Shown here one piece after another: positions 45,284 to 56,653 of a DNA stretch of 63,139 nt (positions within the stretch are counted from its first letter, which is position 1; the number at the start of each line of letters is the position of its first letter). A program made the position numbers and the translations under genes. The notes beneath the pieces were generated by a model. It was not told the origin of the DNA. It was given only the letters and a program-made list of their open reading frames with translations, and made no database searches. The DNA is from a virus (taxonomy: Duplodnaviria; Caudoviricetes), in IMG/VR virus record IMGVR_UViG_3300021371_000014, positions 1 to 63,139 of that record, one strand, 5' to 3'.

Positions 45284-48200
45284 ATGGCAGACATTTTAAC
45301 CACTAATACATTTAGAACAACATATAAAGACGATTATGCCGATAGTGATAATTATTATCGTATTCTTTATAATGCTGGTCGACCACTACAGGCAAGAGAG
45401 CTAACTCAATCTCAGTCAATTATACAAAATGAAATGACTAGATTTGGGACTAACATTTTTAGAGATGGTTCTGTCGTACGTGCGGGTAATATTACTTTAA
45501 ATAATACGATTGATTATATTAAACTAGACACTCAGTTTAATCCTTTACCTGGTAATTATTTAGATATGATTGGGGAAGTGTTTACAGTAAAATCGCCAAA
45601 CCCAAATATTAAAGTTCAAATTTTGGATATCTTATTAGCCGAAAACGGTGATCCAGCAACATTATATGTAAAGTATGTTGATACGCTAGATGCGACCTCT
45701 GGAGAAGATCCAATTAAAGTACCTAACTCTGCCATTTTAGAAAATAACAATTTCAATCAAGTTAAAGTTGCTTCAAGTGATGCGGTGGGTAAAGGCACAA
45801 TTGCTTCTACCGAATCCGGTGATTATTTTGTCAAAGGGCGGTTTGTTTTTGCCGCACAGCAAAAAGCGGTTATTAGCCGATATTCAACAACTCCTACTAC
45901 AGATATTGGATTTAAAATTATTGAAGACATCGTAACTGTAGACGATAATATTAATCTATATGACAATCAGGGTGAAACGCCAAATGCAGCATCGCCCGGT
46001 GCAGATAGATATCGAATTCGCATGATTTTAACTTCAAAAGATGAAATTCAAGCGGGGGAAAACTTTGTATATTTGGCCAGAATAGTTAATGGTCAAATTA
46101 TCGATACTGCAAATCCTTTAGATGCATACAATAAAATTAATGATGCAATGGCCCTTAGAACTCGAGAAGAGTCTGGAAATTATGTCGTAAAACCATTTAT
46201 TGCAAAGTTTGATGATCTTAACGACTCAAATATTCAAGCAGATATTACAGCCGGGATAGCATACGTAGATGGATTCCGTCTAGATATTCCTGCTAAAAAG
46301 ATTCCAATCTTTAAAGCTCAGAATACGATTACACTCGAAAGTCAAAACACAATTGCTCAATACGGTAATTATGTTGTAGGTAATGCTGCAGACAATTTAG
46401 GATTACCTGATATTGAATCATATGAATCAGTCAATTTAAAAAGTACCAGTAATCATGGTGGCGCTACACTTGGTACTGCAAGAATTAGAGCAGTACAAGA
46501 AGATGGCGCAAATCATAATTATTATTTATTTGATATTCAAATGTTACCCGGCAATAACTTTAGAGATGTTAAAAGCTTTGGTACATCTGGAACCAATTAC
46601 GTAAATATTATTTTGGAAGATGGTGTTGCTGTTCTTAAAGGTACTGCAAATAACAGCCTTCTATTCTCTCTCCCAAATCAGAGGCCTAGCCTGACCGGCG
46701 TTAATATCACGGGCTTGACCGTACAGAAAAAATATCAATTTACTACAAACGGATCTGGTAATTTTGCTGGTCTGCCTGCCACTGGCACATTCACTTTTAC
46801 TGACGTATTTCAATGGGTAACTACTCAGGATGATGGCACTATCGTGACGCCTACTGTTGTGCTTTCAAATGGTGATCAACAAGCTAGCTTTTCTGGATTA
46901 GATACAAATACTAACTATACTGTTTATGCATATGTAGCAAAGGGTACTATTGGCGAAAGAACTAAGACTCTTACGATTGGCGAAGAGCTCACTATCAATT
47001 GGCCAGCAGATGCTGAGACAGACGTGACTGGCAACAGATACGTTGACTTAGGGACAGCTGATATTTACAATGTATCACTAATTACTCAAGATGATTCTGC
47101 TGGAGCAGATCTTTCTACAAACTTTGTTATCGATAATGGACAAAGAGATAATTACTATGCAAAGGGTAGATTAATTGAGAAAGGTGGTGTATCAATACCA
47201 ACAGGTCAAATTTTTGTTAGATTTGATCATTTCACTCATGGAGCATCCGGTGACTTTTTCTCAGTTAACTCGTATAACGGTGTTGTAAACTATGAAAATA
47301 TTCCTACGCACAAAAAAGCAAATAATGAGGTTGTTTCTCTTAGAGACGTTTTAGATTTTAGACCAGTCCAAGATGTCAATGGAGATTTTGTAGGAGCTGA
47401 AGGTAAAATATTCCTACTTCCGCAAAACACCGATGCGATCAGTGGAGATGTAGAATACTACATGCCTAGAAAAGATAGGCTAGTCGCATCAATTGAAAAT
47501 TCTAGAGATGGAAGATTTGGTCGCGGTAGTTTGCAGGTTGTAAGAGGAGTTCCATCGATGGACCCTCAATTCCCAGAAATTCCAACTGGAACAATTCCTC
47601 TTTATGATATATCTCTTAATGCATTTACATTAAATAAAAATGATATGTCAACATCCTTCTATGCAAATAAAAGATATACAATGAAGGATATCTCTAGACT
47701 TGAGCAAAGAGTTGATGATTTAACAGAACTAACAACACTAAGCTTATTAGAGTTGAACACAACATCTGTTACCATTTTAGATTCAAATGGATTAAGTAGA
47801 ACCAAGTCGGGCTTTTTAGCAGATAACTTTACAAACTATTCTTTTTCTGAAATTGAAAGTGAAGAGTATAAAGCTTCAATCGATATGGCAGAAAATACTT
47901 TAACATGTCAGCAATATCCACACAATATTAGATTATTATATGATAATACGGATGTTGCAAATACGACTACACTAAAAGGCGATCTATTATTGCTTCCGTA
48001 TTCTACGAATAATAGTTTAGTTATTCAAGATCAAGCGACAGAAACAATCAATATCAATCCATTTTCAGTGATCACTTCAACTGGTCATATGGATTTATCG
48101 CCATCATCCGATAACTGGGTAGAAACACAGTGGGCGGCCGATAATATTGTTGACGGTGGTACGGTTACACAAGAAGTCGGTGGCACTCGAAGAGTTCGTA

Positions 48201-50344
48201 GTTTAGCTACTTGGAGAAACTCTTGGTTTGGACGTCCAAGCGGAGATAGAGTACAAGTCATTACGGGTAGTAGAGTAATTCGAGACCTCGTTGGCGAAAG
48301 AGTCATTGAAATAGACATACTACCATTTATGAGATCGGTGAAGGTTGGATTTAGAGTCCAAGGGTTAAGACCATTGACTCGCTATTTCCCATATTTTGAT
48401 GGCACGAAAGTCGATGATTGGGTTAAGCAAGAATTATCATTTACTCGATTTGCTGAAACAACAGAAGATTATGGTAATATATACACTAATGCTACAGAAC
48501 ATCCAGACGGAAGTAGCAGTCTAGTAACCGATGCCGAAGGACAATTATCCGGATCATTTGTAGTTCCGAGTACAAATTCTCTTAGATTTAGAACTGGCTC
48601 TAAACAGTTTAAGCTTTTAGATATTAGTGTTGATAATGAAGCAGCTGCAACGAGTAATTCGCGAGCAACCTTTACTGCAAACGGTGTATTAGAAACTGTA
48701 CAAAGAACGGTTAGGCATACGCGGCAGTTAGATTTACAGTGGATACAAGAAGAACAGCAAGACAATAGAGATCCTTTAGCTCAGTCATTTAGAATCGATC
48801 AGTTTGAATATCCTAATGGTCTATTCCTAACTAAAGTTAGATTATTCTTTGCAACAAAGGATAATTCTATTCCAGTTCAAGTTCAAATTCGCACAATGGA
48901 AAACGGCGTGCCAACTGGAGGCCCAATACCTAACGCATCAAAATTCGTTTCGGCTGCAGATGTAAATATACCTTCTGATCCAAATAACCTACAGATTGTA
49001 AGAGTTACGCCGACAGATTTTGAATTTGATGAACCAGTGTACTTGAATGCTGGTCAAGAATATTGCTTTGTCGTTATGGCCGAATCAAATGATTATAATA
49101 CCTATTGCGCTAAAACATATGACTTTATATTAGGATCTACCGAAGCTCGTGTAACGGGTCAACCAACACTTGGTTCTTTGTTCTTATCTCAGAATGCTAG
49201 CACATGGACTCCGGATCAAGCAAGAGACTTGATGTTTGGATTATACAGGGCGAGATTTGCGCCTTCAGCTACAGCGCTTTTAGAAAACGGCGCAGTGCCA
49301 TCATATCTTTTGGATAATAATCCATTCTTAACAAGTGATGGAACAAGCACAATCAGAGTATTCCATGAAGGTCATGGAATGATTAAAAATGATAAAGTGC
49401 TAATATCCGGATTAGATTCTTCTCAGTTCTATGGTGGTATCATAGGAACAGATATTTTAGGTACTCGTACAGTCGGAGATGTTGATCACACTGGATACAC
49501 ATTTACAGCAGACTCTGTCGCAAGCAGTTCAATACGAACTGGAGGTAGCAACGTAACTTCATCTCAAAATGTAATGTTTGATACATACATTCCTACAGTT
49601 GCAACACTATCGGTACCGCAGACACAAATATCCGGAAGCATACAGTTGACCGAAGGTGCTTCATTTGGTGCAGGAAGAAACTCACTATCTAATTCAGCGT
49701 ATGCTAAACAGCAAACATCAACTGACATTACTCTTAATGAAATCAATCCTACGACTTCGGCGAAGATCGTAGCGAGTCCATCAAACGAAACTCAATATAT
49801 GAGTAATCAGAAATCGGTATCACTCACGCTGAGCATGTCTACTGAAGATGATAGAGTATCGCCTATTATCGATTTGCAAAGATCATCGTTTACAGGATTT
49901 GAAAATATCATTGATAATCAAGATTCTGTCGCGACAGCTGGTTTCAACGTTCCATTATCATTCGTAGATGAAACACATCCAAACTCTGGATCTTCTTCAT
50001 GTAAACATGTTACTAGACCAATTACTTTACAGGCCGATGCTGTTGGCCTTAAAATTATATTTGGTGCAAACAGACCAGCAGCTGCATCATTTAGTGTATA
50101 TTATAAGATATCTGCTGGCGATGAGCCATTGGATAATATTAATTGGGTTGAGGTTGATGCTGAGGCGATAGTGCCGAGTGATGATGATCGTGAAACGTTT
50201 AGGCAATATGAGTACTTGGCCGGCGGACCCGGTGGTGCACTAAACACCTTTAACACTTTCCAAGTTAAAATTGTCATGCATACTACGAATTCTTCTAGAA
50301 TACCAAGTATTAAAGACTTAAGAGTTATTGCATTGGCGACATAA
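45284..50344 (+). CDS. Large virion structural protein (DUF4815/VrlC-like)
   Basis: YKDDY....YYRIL...GRPLQARELTQ.QSIIQN; APGADR-like SPGADRY; YTMKDI..LEQRV; DPLAQSF; SLFLSQN.STWT. Confidence 0.8.
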   Translation: MADILTTNTFRTTYKDDYADSDNYYRILYNAGRPLQARELTQSQSIIQNEMTRFGTNIFRDGSVVRAGNITLNNTIDYIKLDTQFNPLPGNYLDMIGEVFTVKSPNPNIKVQILDILLAENGDPATLYVKYVDTLDATSGEDPIKVPNSAILENNNFNQVKVASSDAVGKGTIASTESGDYFVKGRFVFAAQQKAVISRYSTTPTTDIGFKIIEDIVTVDDNINLYDNQGETPNAASPGADRYRIRMILTSKDEIQAGENFVYLARIVNGQIIDTANPLDAYNKINDAMALRTREESGNYVVKPFIAKFDDLNDSNIQADITAGIAYVDGFRLDIPAKKIPIFKAQNTITLESQNTIAQYGNYVVGNAADNLGLPDIESYESVNLKSTSNHGGATLGTARIRAVQEDGANHNYYLFDIQMLPGNNFRDVKSFGTSGTNYVNIILEDGVAVLKGTANNSLLFSLPNQRPSLTGVNITGLTVQKKYQFTTNGSGNFAGLPATGTFTFTDVFQWVTTQDDGTIVTPTVVLSNGDQQASFSGLDTNTNYTVYAYVAKGTIGERTKTLTIGEELTINWPADAETDVTGNRYVDLGTADIYNVSLITQDDSAGADLSTNFVIDNGQRDNYYAKGRLIEKGGVSIPTGQIFVRFDHFTHGASGDFFSVNSYNGVVNYENIPTHKKANNEVVSLRDVLDFRPVQDVNGDFVGAEGKIFLLPQNTDAISGDVEYYMPRKDRLVASIENSRDGRFGRGSLQVVRGVPSMDPQFPEIPTGTIPLYDISLNAFTLNKNDMSTSFYANKRYTMKDISRLEQRVDDLTELTTLSLLELNTTSVTILDSNGLSRTKSGFLADNFTNYSFSEIESEEYKASIDMAENTLTCQQYPHNIRLLYDNTDVANTTTLKGDLLLLPYSTNNSLVIQDQATETININPFSVITSTGHMDLSPSSDNWVETQWAADNIVDGGTVTQEVGGTRRVRSLATWRNSWFGRPSGDRVQVITGSRVIRDLVGERVIEIDILPFMRSVKVGFRVQGLRPLTRYFPYFDGTKVDDWVKQELSFTRFAETTEDYGNIYTNATEHPDGSSSLVTDAEGQLSGSFVVPSTNSLRFRTGSKQFKLLDISVDNEAAATSNSRATFTANGVLETVQRTVRHTRQLDLQWIQEEQQDNRDPLAQSFRIDQFEYPNGLFLTKVRLFFATKDNSIPVQVQIRTMENGVPTGGPIPNASKFVSAADVNIPSDPNNLQIVRVTPTDFEFDEPVYLNAGQEYCFVVMAESNDYNTYCAKTYDFILGSTEARVTGQPTLGSLFLSQNASTWTPDQARDLMFGLYRARFAPSATALLENGAVPSYLLDNNPFLTSDGTSTIRVFHEGHGMIKNDKVLISGLDSSQFYGGIIGTDILGTRTVGDVDHTGYTFTADSVASSSIRTGGSNVTSSQNVMFDTYIPTVATLSVPQTQISGSIQLTEGASFGAGRNSLSNSAYAKQQTSTDITLNEINPTTSAKIVASPSNETQYMSNQKSVSLTLSMSTEDDRVSPIIDLQRSSFTGFENIIDNQDSVATAGFNVPLSFVDETHPNSGSSSCKHVTRPITLQADAVGLKIIFGANRPAAASFSVYYKISAGDEPLDNINWVEVDAEAIVPSDDDRETFRQYEYLAGGPGGALNTFNTFQVKIVMHTTNSSRIPSIKDLRVIALAT

Positions 50345-50589
50345 TGAAAAAGTACTTAAAGGTTGAAGGAAATTTAGGGTTAGTTAGAGATCCAGTGAGT
50401 GGCGCTATTTTAAATATAAATAATAATGAAATAGCGCGAGCAAAAGAAATAAAAAAAAATAAACAACAAGAGCAGGAAAAAACAAACTTGCTTGCTTCAG
50501 AAGTAGAAGATTTAAAAAATGATGTTAGTGAAATTAAAAATCTTCTTAAAAGGTTAATAGAGGTTAATAATGGCAATAACGCTAGTTAA
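50344..50589 (+). CDS. Conserved small coiled-coil protein
   Basis: KVEG...LVRD..SGAILN; LKNDVSEIK.LL. Confidence 0.7.
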   Translation: MKKYLKVEGNLGLVRDPVSGAILNINNNEIARAKEIKKNKQQEQEKTNLLASEVEDLKNDVSEIKNLLKRLIEVNNGNNAS

Positions 50590-51985
50590 TTTAACAGATC
50601 AGCTTACTACATTCGTTGATAAGACAAATATCATTTCACGCGATGTAGGAGATATTGCGCTATTATCTTCGGGTGATAGTAATACTGTAGACGGATTAAA
50701 TACAAATCATGATAGACTAGATAGTTTAGATAGTGATGTTGCTGTATTAACTGATAGAGTTGATAGCAATGAAACTTCCTTATTCTTACTTGATAGTGAT
50801 TTTCGTGATCATGTAGATAGTGTCAATTCTCTTATTGATAGTGTGAATGGTATACTGACATCAAATATCGATAGTGTTAATACATCTCTTATCGCACTTA
50901 CAACTGGTCTAGATAGTGATATTGGACTACTTGAAAGTGATCTTGGTGATATTACAAACTTTACAACAAAGAATGCTGGGACAGGCGTTACTAACGTATC
51001 ACAGGCAGTAGGCACACTATTTGACTTAGTAACTCTTTTAGATTCAAACTTAGGCTCTACTTCTGGATCGATTGAAGCCGTTGCTAGATCATCTATTAGC
51101 GCCGGCGAATCTGCTACTGGATTTGGTGCGCTAGAGTATGATAGTGCTACCGGTATCATGACATATACAAAGGTGACTGCTACTGATATTAGAGGAAATT
51201 TTGCATCTGGCACGAATACTACATATGCAGCGAGCACTGGTAAGTTTAGTATTAGTGATGCAACAATACGTGGTAAATTTACTAGCGGAACAAATACTTC
51301 ATATAATTCGACAAACGGATCATTTAGTATATCCGATTCAACAATACGTGGTAAATTTACTGGCGGTTCTGGTGTTGATATTAGCGCAAGTGGAGAAATT
51401 ACTGCAGACTTGGGTGAAGTAGATTCAAGTAATGCAATTGATTCATCATCGTATATGATGTTTGTTGATAGCGCATCTGCTACGAAAAAACAACCTCTCC
51501 AAACAATTAAGCTTAGCGTATTTGATAATGATCTAGTACCAAGTATTACTGAAGGTAAAGGTGTTGATATTGACAGTAACTTTAAAATTAGTGCAGATTT
51601 TAATACATTAGATGCTGCACCAGTTGGTCTTGTAAGTTTTGCTGGTGTTGATAGTGCTGGTGCCAGTAAAAAAATATCAGCTGGAAGTATTAAATTATCA
51701 AACTTTAATAATGACCTAAATATTCTTGCTAGTATTAATATTACAAATAGTGGCGGCATTTCTGGCACTGGATCTGGTGATAGCTTTAATTTAGGAGTAA
51801 TCACCGATGGATTTACAACTACTATCGATAATGACAGCAAAGTCATAGTTAAAAATGGTGGTATCGATAGTGCTCAACTAGCTAGCGGAGCCGTTAATAA
51901 GAATAAGCTATATAATAGTGTTGAATTTAAAGTGTTGAATTCAAGTGGAACAGCTATTGTAACTCTATACGGTGCTGGTGGTTAA
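50570..51985 (+). CDS. Fibre-like virion protein, Asp-Ser rich, with internal repeats
   Basis: Coiled-coil N-part; 26-aa repeats; about 20 DS dipeptides. Confidence 0.7.
   Translation: MAITLVNLTDQLTTFVDKTNIISRDVGDIALLSSGDSNTVDGLNTNHDRLDSLDSDVAVLTDRVDSNETSLFLLDSDFRDHVDSVNSLIDSVNGILTSNIDSVNTSLIALTTGLDSDIGLLESDLGDITNFTTKNAGTGVTNVSQAVGTLFDLVTLLDSNLGSTSGSIEAVARSSISAGESATGFGALEYDSATGIMTYTKVTATDIRGNFASGTNTTYAASTGKFSISDATIRGKFTSGTNTSYNSTNGSFSISDSTIRGKFTGGSGVDISASGEITADLGEVDSSNAIDSSSYMMFVDSASATKKQPLQTIKLSVFDNDLVPSITEGKGVDIDSNFKISADFNTLDAAPVGLVSFAGVDSAGASKKISAGSIKLSNFNNDLNILASINITNSGGISGTGSGDSFNLGVITDGFTTTIDNDSKVIVKNGGIDSAQLASGAVNKNKLYNSVEFKVLNSSGTAIVTLYGAGG
51261..51361 (+). repeat. 78-nt-period repeat (23-nt exact copies) encoding TIRGKFT units
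   Basis: CAACAATACGTGGTAAATTTACT at 51261 and 51339; a third degenerate unit lies upstream. Confidence 0.85.
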
Positions 51986-52002
51986 TATTAAAAGGATATA
52001 TA

Positions 52003-52974
52003 ATGGCATTTAGAAGACCTTTATTTATTGATGAGGCGACTGGTTTTATGCGTCAACTAAGTGATATTGAGTTACATCAATTTGCTCAATCGAGTGCATT
52101 AGAATGGATGCAACAAACGAGTTTTCCAGTGAGATTATCTCCTGTTGCCGGTTTTACCGGAAACTTAGGTGCTATGGGTGATACTAGATTACGATCAGGT
52201 GCGGCTTTAGATAATAGTGACACCGATTTTCCGACTGAGTCACAAACTGATGAGCCATATCTTGATTCAACAATACTATATTCAATACAAGAAGATGTAG
52301 ATACGGTATTGCCTCCATCAGATCCAACCAACTTATTATATTTTGCGTACTTAAATTCTAATGATGATGTACAAGCAATGAGCTTACAAGATATGATTGA
52401 TACCTTTTGCGTTGTTTCAAGATATGGTAAAGGCGATGTAATTGGAGAAATTATTGATAAAAGACCTCATAGAATATTTGCTCCTCCTCCAACATCAGTA
52501 ATCCCATGGACAAATTTAGGTGTAGTGTTTGAAGATACTAATTATGATCCAACCGGCGAAACTGTTCCTGCAGCGGGGTCATCTCGTTCGAATCCAATAA
52601 CAGTTGCAACATATAATCTTTATCGATTTAAAGAGCCAACTACAGTCTCTAGAAACATTTTTCCGGCCGGGATTACAGCATCTGGTCAAGTTGAGCCTAG
52701 AAATCAAGGATATATATCTGCGGTTATGAATTCGGTATTAAATTATGCGATAGTAAATGTTGTTGGATCTAAGATTAGATATAATATTAATGGAGGTGGA
52801 GATGCAGGTGGATTTGCGCCATTAAATGACACAATATTAAATGGAACTGGCAATTTCCAAACTCAACTGCAAGATCCAGATGATGCAGACCCAAATGACT
52901 ATGTTGCAGTAGAATTCCCAAATGGAACACAGTCAATTAGTAATACATATCAAGTAAAATGTGAGAGATTATGA
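52003..52974 (+). CDS. Putative virion structural protein
   Basis: AAGGA RBS; MAFRRPL; LGAMGDTRL; EFPNGT. Confidence 0.6.
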   Translation: MAFRRPLFIDEATGFMRQLSDIELHQFAQSSALEWMQQTSFPVRLSPVAGFTGNLGAMGDTRLRSGAALDNSDTDFPTESQTDEPYLDSTILYSIQEDVDTVLPPSDPTNLLYFAYLNSNDDVQAMSLQDMIDTFCVVSRYGKGDVIGEIIDKRPHRIFAPPPTSVIPWTNLGVVFEDTNYDPTGETVPAAGSSRSNPITVATYNLYRFKEPTTVSRNIFPAGITASGQVEPRNQGYISAVMNSVLNYAIVNVVGSKIRYNINGGGDAGGFAPLNDTILNGTGNFQTQLQDPDDADPNDYVAVEFPNGTQSISNTYQVKCERL

Positions 52975-53471
52975 TAGAATTTATAGACGGAAAATTTGTA
53001 CATGCCAGATATGCCTCTGGCAGAAAGGATATGATTGTTGCAACATATCAGGATAATGAAGGACAAAATTATCCTATTACAATTCGAACGGATTTAGAAG
53101 ATGAATACTATTTGCGTCTTTTAGATACATATTCAATTGATGAAATTTCGAGAATGACTACGCAATTTCTGGAAGGGCAAAGACAAGCATTTGAAGCAAT
53201 GGTTTTAAGATTAGGCCAAGACTTTGGTCTATTGTATGATCCTAATGTAATTGCTGAAGAACGCGGTGATACAAATGTAACTTCAATTGAACAAATATTT
53301 GAACCAGGAAATGATACAAAAGATCAGGACTTTTTATTTAATCTAAAGCTGCGCATTTTTGATATGGAAGAGGTGGAAAACTCTGATAATGCAGAACTTA
53401 AAAAATCGCTAAGAGAAGCTCAATCACCATTAGAATCATTGTACATTGCAGGTAAGTTTTTATACGAGTGA
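52971..53471 (+). CDS. Hypothetical acidic protein
   Basis: ATGA coupling; LFNLKLRIFDMEEVENS. Confidence 0.65.
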   Translation: MIEFIDGKFVHARYASGRKDMIVATYQDNEGQNYPITIRTDLEDEYYLRLLDTYSIDEISRMTTQFLEGQRQAFEAMVLRLGQDFGLLYDPNVIAEERGDTNVTSIEQIFEPGNDTKDQDFLFNLKLRIFDMEEVENSDNAELKKSLREAQSPLESLYIAGKFLYE

Positions 53472-54136
53472 TATTTTTTCCATTTATGTGGATGATTATC
53501 CATATTCGTGAAATGTACAAATTTTATATCAGGATGAAAATCTGACATAAACATATAATCGTTTCCAGTTATTTCTTTATACATTCTATTTAAAACACCA
53601 ATTATTTGCATTTGATCTTTTCTCGCGTCCATTCTACAAAACCACGAATCTGGTAAAGTAATTACGTTTAAACGCTCGCGAGCCAATTCTTCTACAAAGT
53701 TTTGTTCACCGTTAATTGGTCCAGTTGTTACGCCATCTGCAATATATTTAGATTGCCAATATCCAGGATTTTCCATAAACTTATCATATATGTATTGGCA
53801 ATCGGTTGGATAATACTTATAGAATCCGCCATTGATTTTCCATATGCTATCTTTTGGTAAACCTCTCCACCAATTTGGAGCAGCTAAGAATTCTCCTTTT
53901 TGTATTGGATATTCAAAGATTTTTTTATAATCATTAAGTAACAAAATATCAATATCGATAACACAAATAGGTTCATCTAACTTACTGTCCATTGCATACA
54001 TTTTATTCCATTGTAATTTGATTCTTCGATCTTTTTCTTCTCGTATCCATCGAATTTCATATGGAAGCATTTTTTCTAAATATTGTTCGTATTCAATTCC
54101 ATAACGATCACCTATTCTAACTGCATATATTATCAT
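53420..54136 (-). CDS. Glycosyltransferase-like protein (GT-A, DxD)
   Basis: VRIGDRYG.EY; QWNK; VIDIDI; NGGFYKY; NGEQNFV; VHFT. Confidence 0.7.
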   Translation of the reverse strand: MIIYAVRIGDRYGIEYEQYLEKMLPYEIRWIREEKDRRIKLQWNKMYAMDSKLDEPICVIDIDILLLNDYKKIFEYPIQKGEFLAAPNWWRGLPKDSIWKINGGFYKYYPTDCQYIYDKFMENPGYWQSKYIADGVTTGPINGEQNFVEELARERLNVITLPDSWFCRMDARKDQMQIIGVLNRMYKEITGNDYMFMSDFHPDIKFVHFTNMDNHPHKWKKYHSYKNLPAMYNDSNGD

Positions 54137-55472
54137 TTATAAATGGATCCTTAAAAACATTTTTACCAACAATTATGGTGTTATCTAATTTGTAATATCG
54201 CAAAAGACTATTATGAATATCTTCTATTGGCATTTTATGTAGTAAAAACATGTATGAAAAAATATTTGAAAATGCGATAAAATTAGTTTTAGTTTCATCA
54301 ATTTGTAGTATGTCATTCACAACGTCACACTCAACAAATTCAACATTATTTGCATTTTTCATAATGTCAATCCATTTTTCATCAGAAAATATTTCCAAAT
54401 TTTCTTTTACAACACTTTCTCTATAATCAACATTATCAATATAACAATCATATTTTTGACCAATGTAATTACTCACCTTTGCAATATCTTGAGGGGTATT
54501 GACGCTTTGATAAAGTAATTGCTTCCATTTAAGAGATATTGAATTATAATCATATATTACCAATTTAGTATTTTCATGACCAAATTTATAGAATAAAAAT
54601 TCAGACATTTCACCTGAAGCTGGGGAATAAATTACATCATACTTACGATCTGGAAGCTTATCATACTTTTTTAGTTTTTCATTATTTTTTACGTATACAA
54701 TATTCTCTTTACGATTACGCTCTAAAAGAAGCATGTCAGAAATTTCTTCTCTTTCCGGATAAGTAAAAAACTTACATGTTCTTTCTAAATCAAAGTTTAA
54801 TATTTTTTGACCATCTTCTAAAACTTTAGTAATATATTCTCCCATATGCCATTTCTTTACTTCACTCCACTTTTCAGATGGCTTAATCCAAAACGGAGTA
54901 TAATCATCATGCACATTTCCTTCTGATCTTTGTGGTAACATCACTGGTCCACTGTATGCGCTTGTTACTTTTGGCTTACCTATTTTACGCCAATGTTCCA
55001 AATTCATAAACATGCATTGTAAATGCAGTCTTCCATATTTCTTACTTGGATGAAATAATAAGTGTCCTCTGCACACTATATTTGAGTTACAAAATTTATC
55101 GAAATAATCGCCGATTGTTTCCGGTGAGTTTTGTTGATATGATTGATAGAATGTGCCAGTATAAGAAATCATAGCATAGTCATAATCATTTGCTTTATTT
55201 AAAGCTTCATCTAAATCGCGAGTAAAAATTACATTGCAATCAACTGATCCTCTATTATTCCACCCAATACCAGTAAACCATGTCAATGTTGTAAGATAGC
55301 GATGAAATTCATTCCATTCTAAGTTATGATATAAAACAATAATATGAACGCGCTTCGAAGACTTATGCGTGTTGTGATTTGAATTGCTAATAATATAATC
55401 AGCTAATTCCTCAAAAGACTGCGTTGGGATATTCTTTCTTAACTGATTCAATGAATAATCTTTTACGGTCAT
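54117..55472 (-). CDS. Hypothetical enzyme of the tailoring island (start uncertain)
   Basis: RLHLQCMFMNL; NVHDDYTPFWI; SPASG, IYDYN and FSNIF give a methyltransferase-like C-half; ATG 55472 has GGTGGA upstream. Confidence 0.55.
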   Translation of the reverse strand: MTVKDYSLNQLRKNIPTQSFEELADYIISNSNHNTHKSSKRVHIIVLYHNLEWNEFHRYLTTLTWFTGIGWNNRGSVDCNVIFTRDLDEALNKANDYDYAMISYTGTFYQSYQQNSPETIGDYFDKFCNSNIVCRGHLLFHPSKKYGRLHLQCMFMNLEHWRKIGKPKVTSAYSGPVMLPQRSEGNVHDDYTPFWIKPSEKWSEVKKWHMGEYITKVLEDGQKILNFDLERTCKFFTYPEREEISDMLLLERNRKENIVYVKNNEKLKKYDKLPDRKYDVIYSPASGEMSEFLFYKFGHENTKLVIYDYNSISLKWKQLLYQSVNTPQDIAKVSNYIGQKYDCYIDNVDYRESVVKENLEIFSDEKWIDIMKNANNVEFVECDVVNDILQIDETKTNFIAFSNIFSYMFLLHKMPIEDIHNSLLRYYKLDNTIIVGKNVFKDPFINDNICS

Positions 55473-56067
55473 TATTTGTTCCACCGTGAATAATAAAATG
55501 AAAGCGAGGATGCTTCGAAAAATTAGCAGCTTCATGAAATATGCCATTGTTAAACCAATACACTTCTCTGGGTTTAAATGGTACTTCTTCAAGCGTATCA
55601 GCATTACGCAAATAGCAATTATCTGGTTGAGTAATACAAATATTTATTGCCCTTGTTACATTGTTGGCAAGTGGCTGTCCTGGTTTCCACTTATGTGTAT
55701 CTGTATGTTTTCGAATAAAGCCACCAGACTCAAGCAACATGAATCTACATCGGCCATACATATCATTATTTGGAAATATATTTTTTAACCAATTTGTCAT
55801 TGCTGGCGCCTTATCACAAAGGGACGTCCACTTATAGTTAGATTTATCCGGATTATATCCGGTGACATTCCACTCATCGCCATGTAACGTGGCAGATGAC
55901 CAACCTTTGCCATCATTTGTGCGGTGAGGAGTGAATAGACCTAATTTGTATATTTCAAGTACTTCTTCATTTACTTCTTCGGGTATTAGGATATTTGCTT
56001 TAAGATAATCTAAGTTATGATTAGAGCACCACTCTACAGCCTTGGCATATTCATTTCCAATATTCAT
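55411..56067 (-). CDS. Aspartyl/asparaginyl beta-hydroxylase-like Fe/2OG oxygenase
   Basis: GWSSATLHG; RCRFMLLESGGFIRKHTD; FHEAAN.S..PRFHFIIHG. Confidence 0.75.
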   Translation of the reverse strand: MNIGNEYAKAVEWCSNHNLDYLKANILIPEEVNEEVLEIYKLGLFTPHRTNDGKGWSSATLHGDEWNVTGYNPDKSNYKWTSLCDKAPAMTNWLKNIFPNNDMYGRCRFMLLESGGFIRKHTDTHKWKPGQPLANNVTRAINICITQPDNCYLRNADTLEEVPFKPREVYWFNNGIFHEAANFSKHPRFHFIIHGGTNNDRKRLFIESVKKEYPNAVF

Positions 56068-56653
56068 GAATCCATCCATCTAACTCGTGAGGTTTAGCGC
56101 CTTCATTAAATATACAAACTTCATAGTCATCCCTATATTTTTGAGATGACATGTCTTTTAAAAAACGCGATCCCATGTGATACGAATAAGCAATTCCTGT
56201 TTGAAAAGTATCAACATCTACTGGTTCATGATATAAAAATCGATCTAATGCATCGTATTTAAATAACATTTGATCTCGTTTCCTATTATAATAATCATAG
56301 ATAATACTCCCTTGATTACTACTCCACTTCATAATAGATGAATTATACATTGTTGCCGTTTTTTGATATCCTTCTTTCCATGCTGAATATAACACAGTTG
56401 GAACACGAGTTTGAGTCGATAATAATCTATATGGCGTTTTAAGTAATATGATATCCAAATCAAAGAAAATGTTTGTGCCACTCGTAAAACGATTGAATAA
56501 TTCTAGCTTTCTCCATAATCCATTTTCAGCAAATGTGTCGATTACATGAAATTTAAATGGTATATGAATATTATTTTTACACATACTTTCAAGTATATTC
56601 ACATAATCATATGAATATTTATTGCCCCAATATGCACATATAATATTTAGCAT
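56051..56653 (-). CDS. Glycosyltransferase (GT-A, DxD), paralog-like to 22130
   Basis: ICAYWGNKYS.DYV; LWRKLELF; FFDLDII; NSSIMKW; KPHE. Confidence 0.75.
   Translation of the reverse strand: MLNIICAYWGNKYSYDYVNILESMCKNNIHIPFKFHVIDTFAENGLWRKLELFNRFTSGTNIFFDLDIILLKTPYRLLSTQTRVPTVLYSAWKEGYQKTATMYNSSIMKWSSNQGSIIYDYYNRKRDQMLFKYDALDRFLYHEPVDVDTFQTGIAYSYHMGSRFLKDMSSQKYRDDYEVCIFNEGAKPHELDGWIHEYWK

Noticed and set aside
50809-51846. 345-aa minus-strand ORF
   Set aside because: Antisense shadow of the Ser/Asp/Thr-rich fibre gene; biased codon usage explains the lack of stops; no RBS or motifs.
54117-55604. ORF-track start at 55604 (also 32751, 14087, 1643, 61341, 62138, 36868)
   Set aside because: These create long overlaps or lack an RBS; downstream ATGs with RBS or stop-start coupling were preferred.
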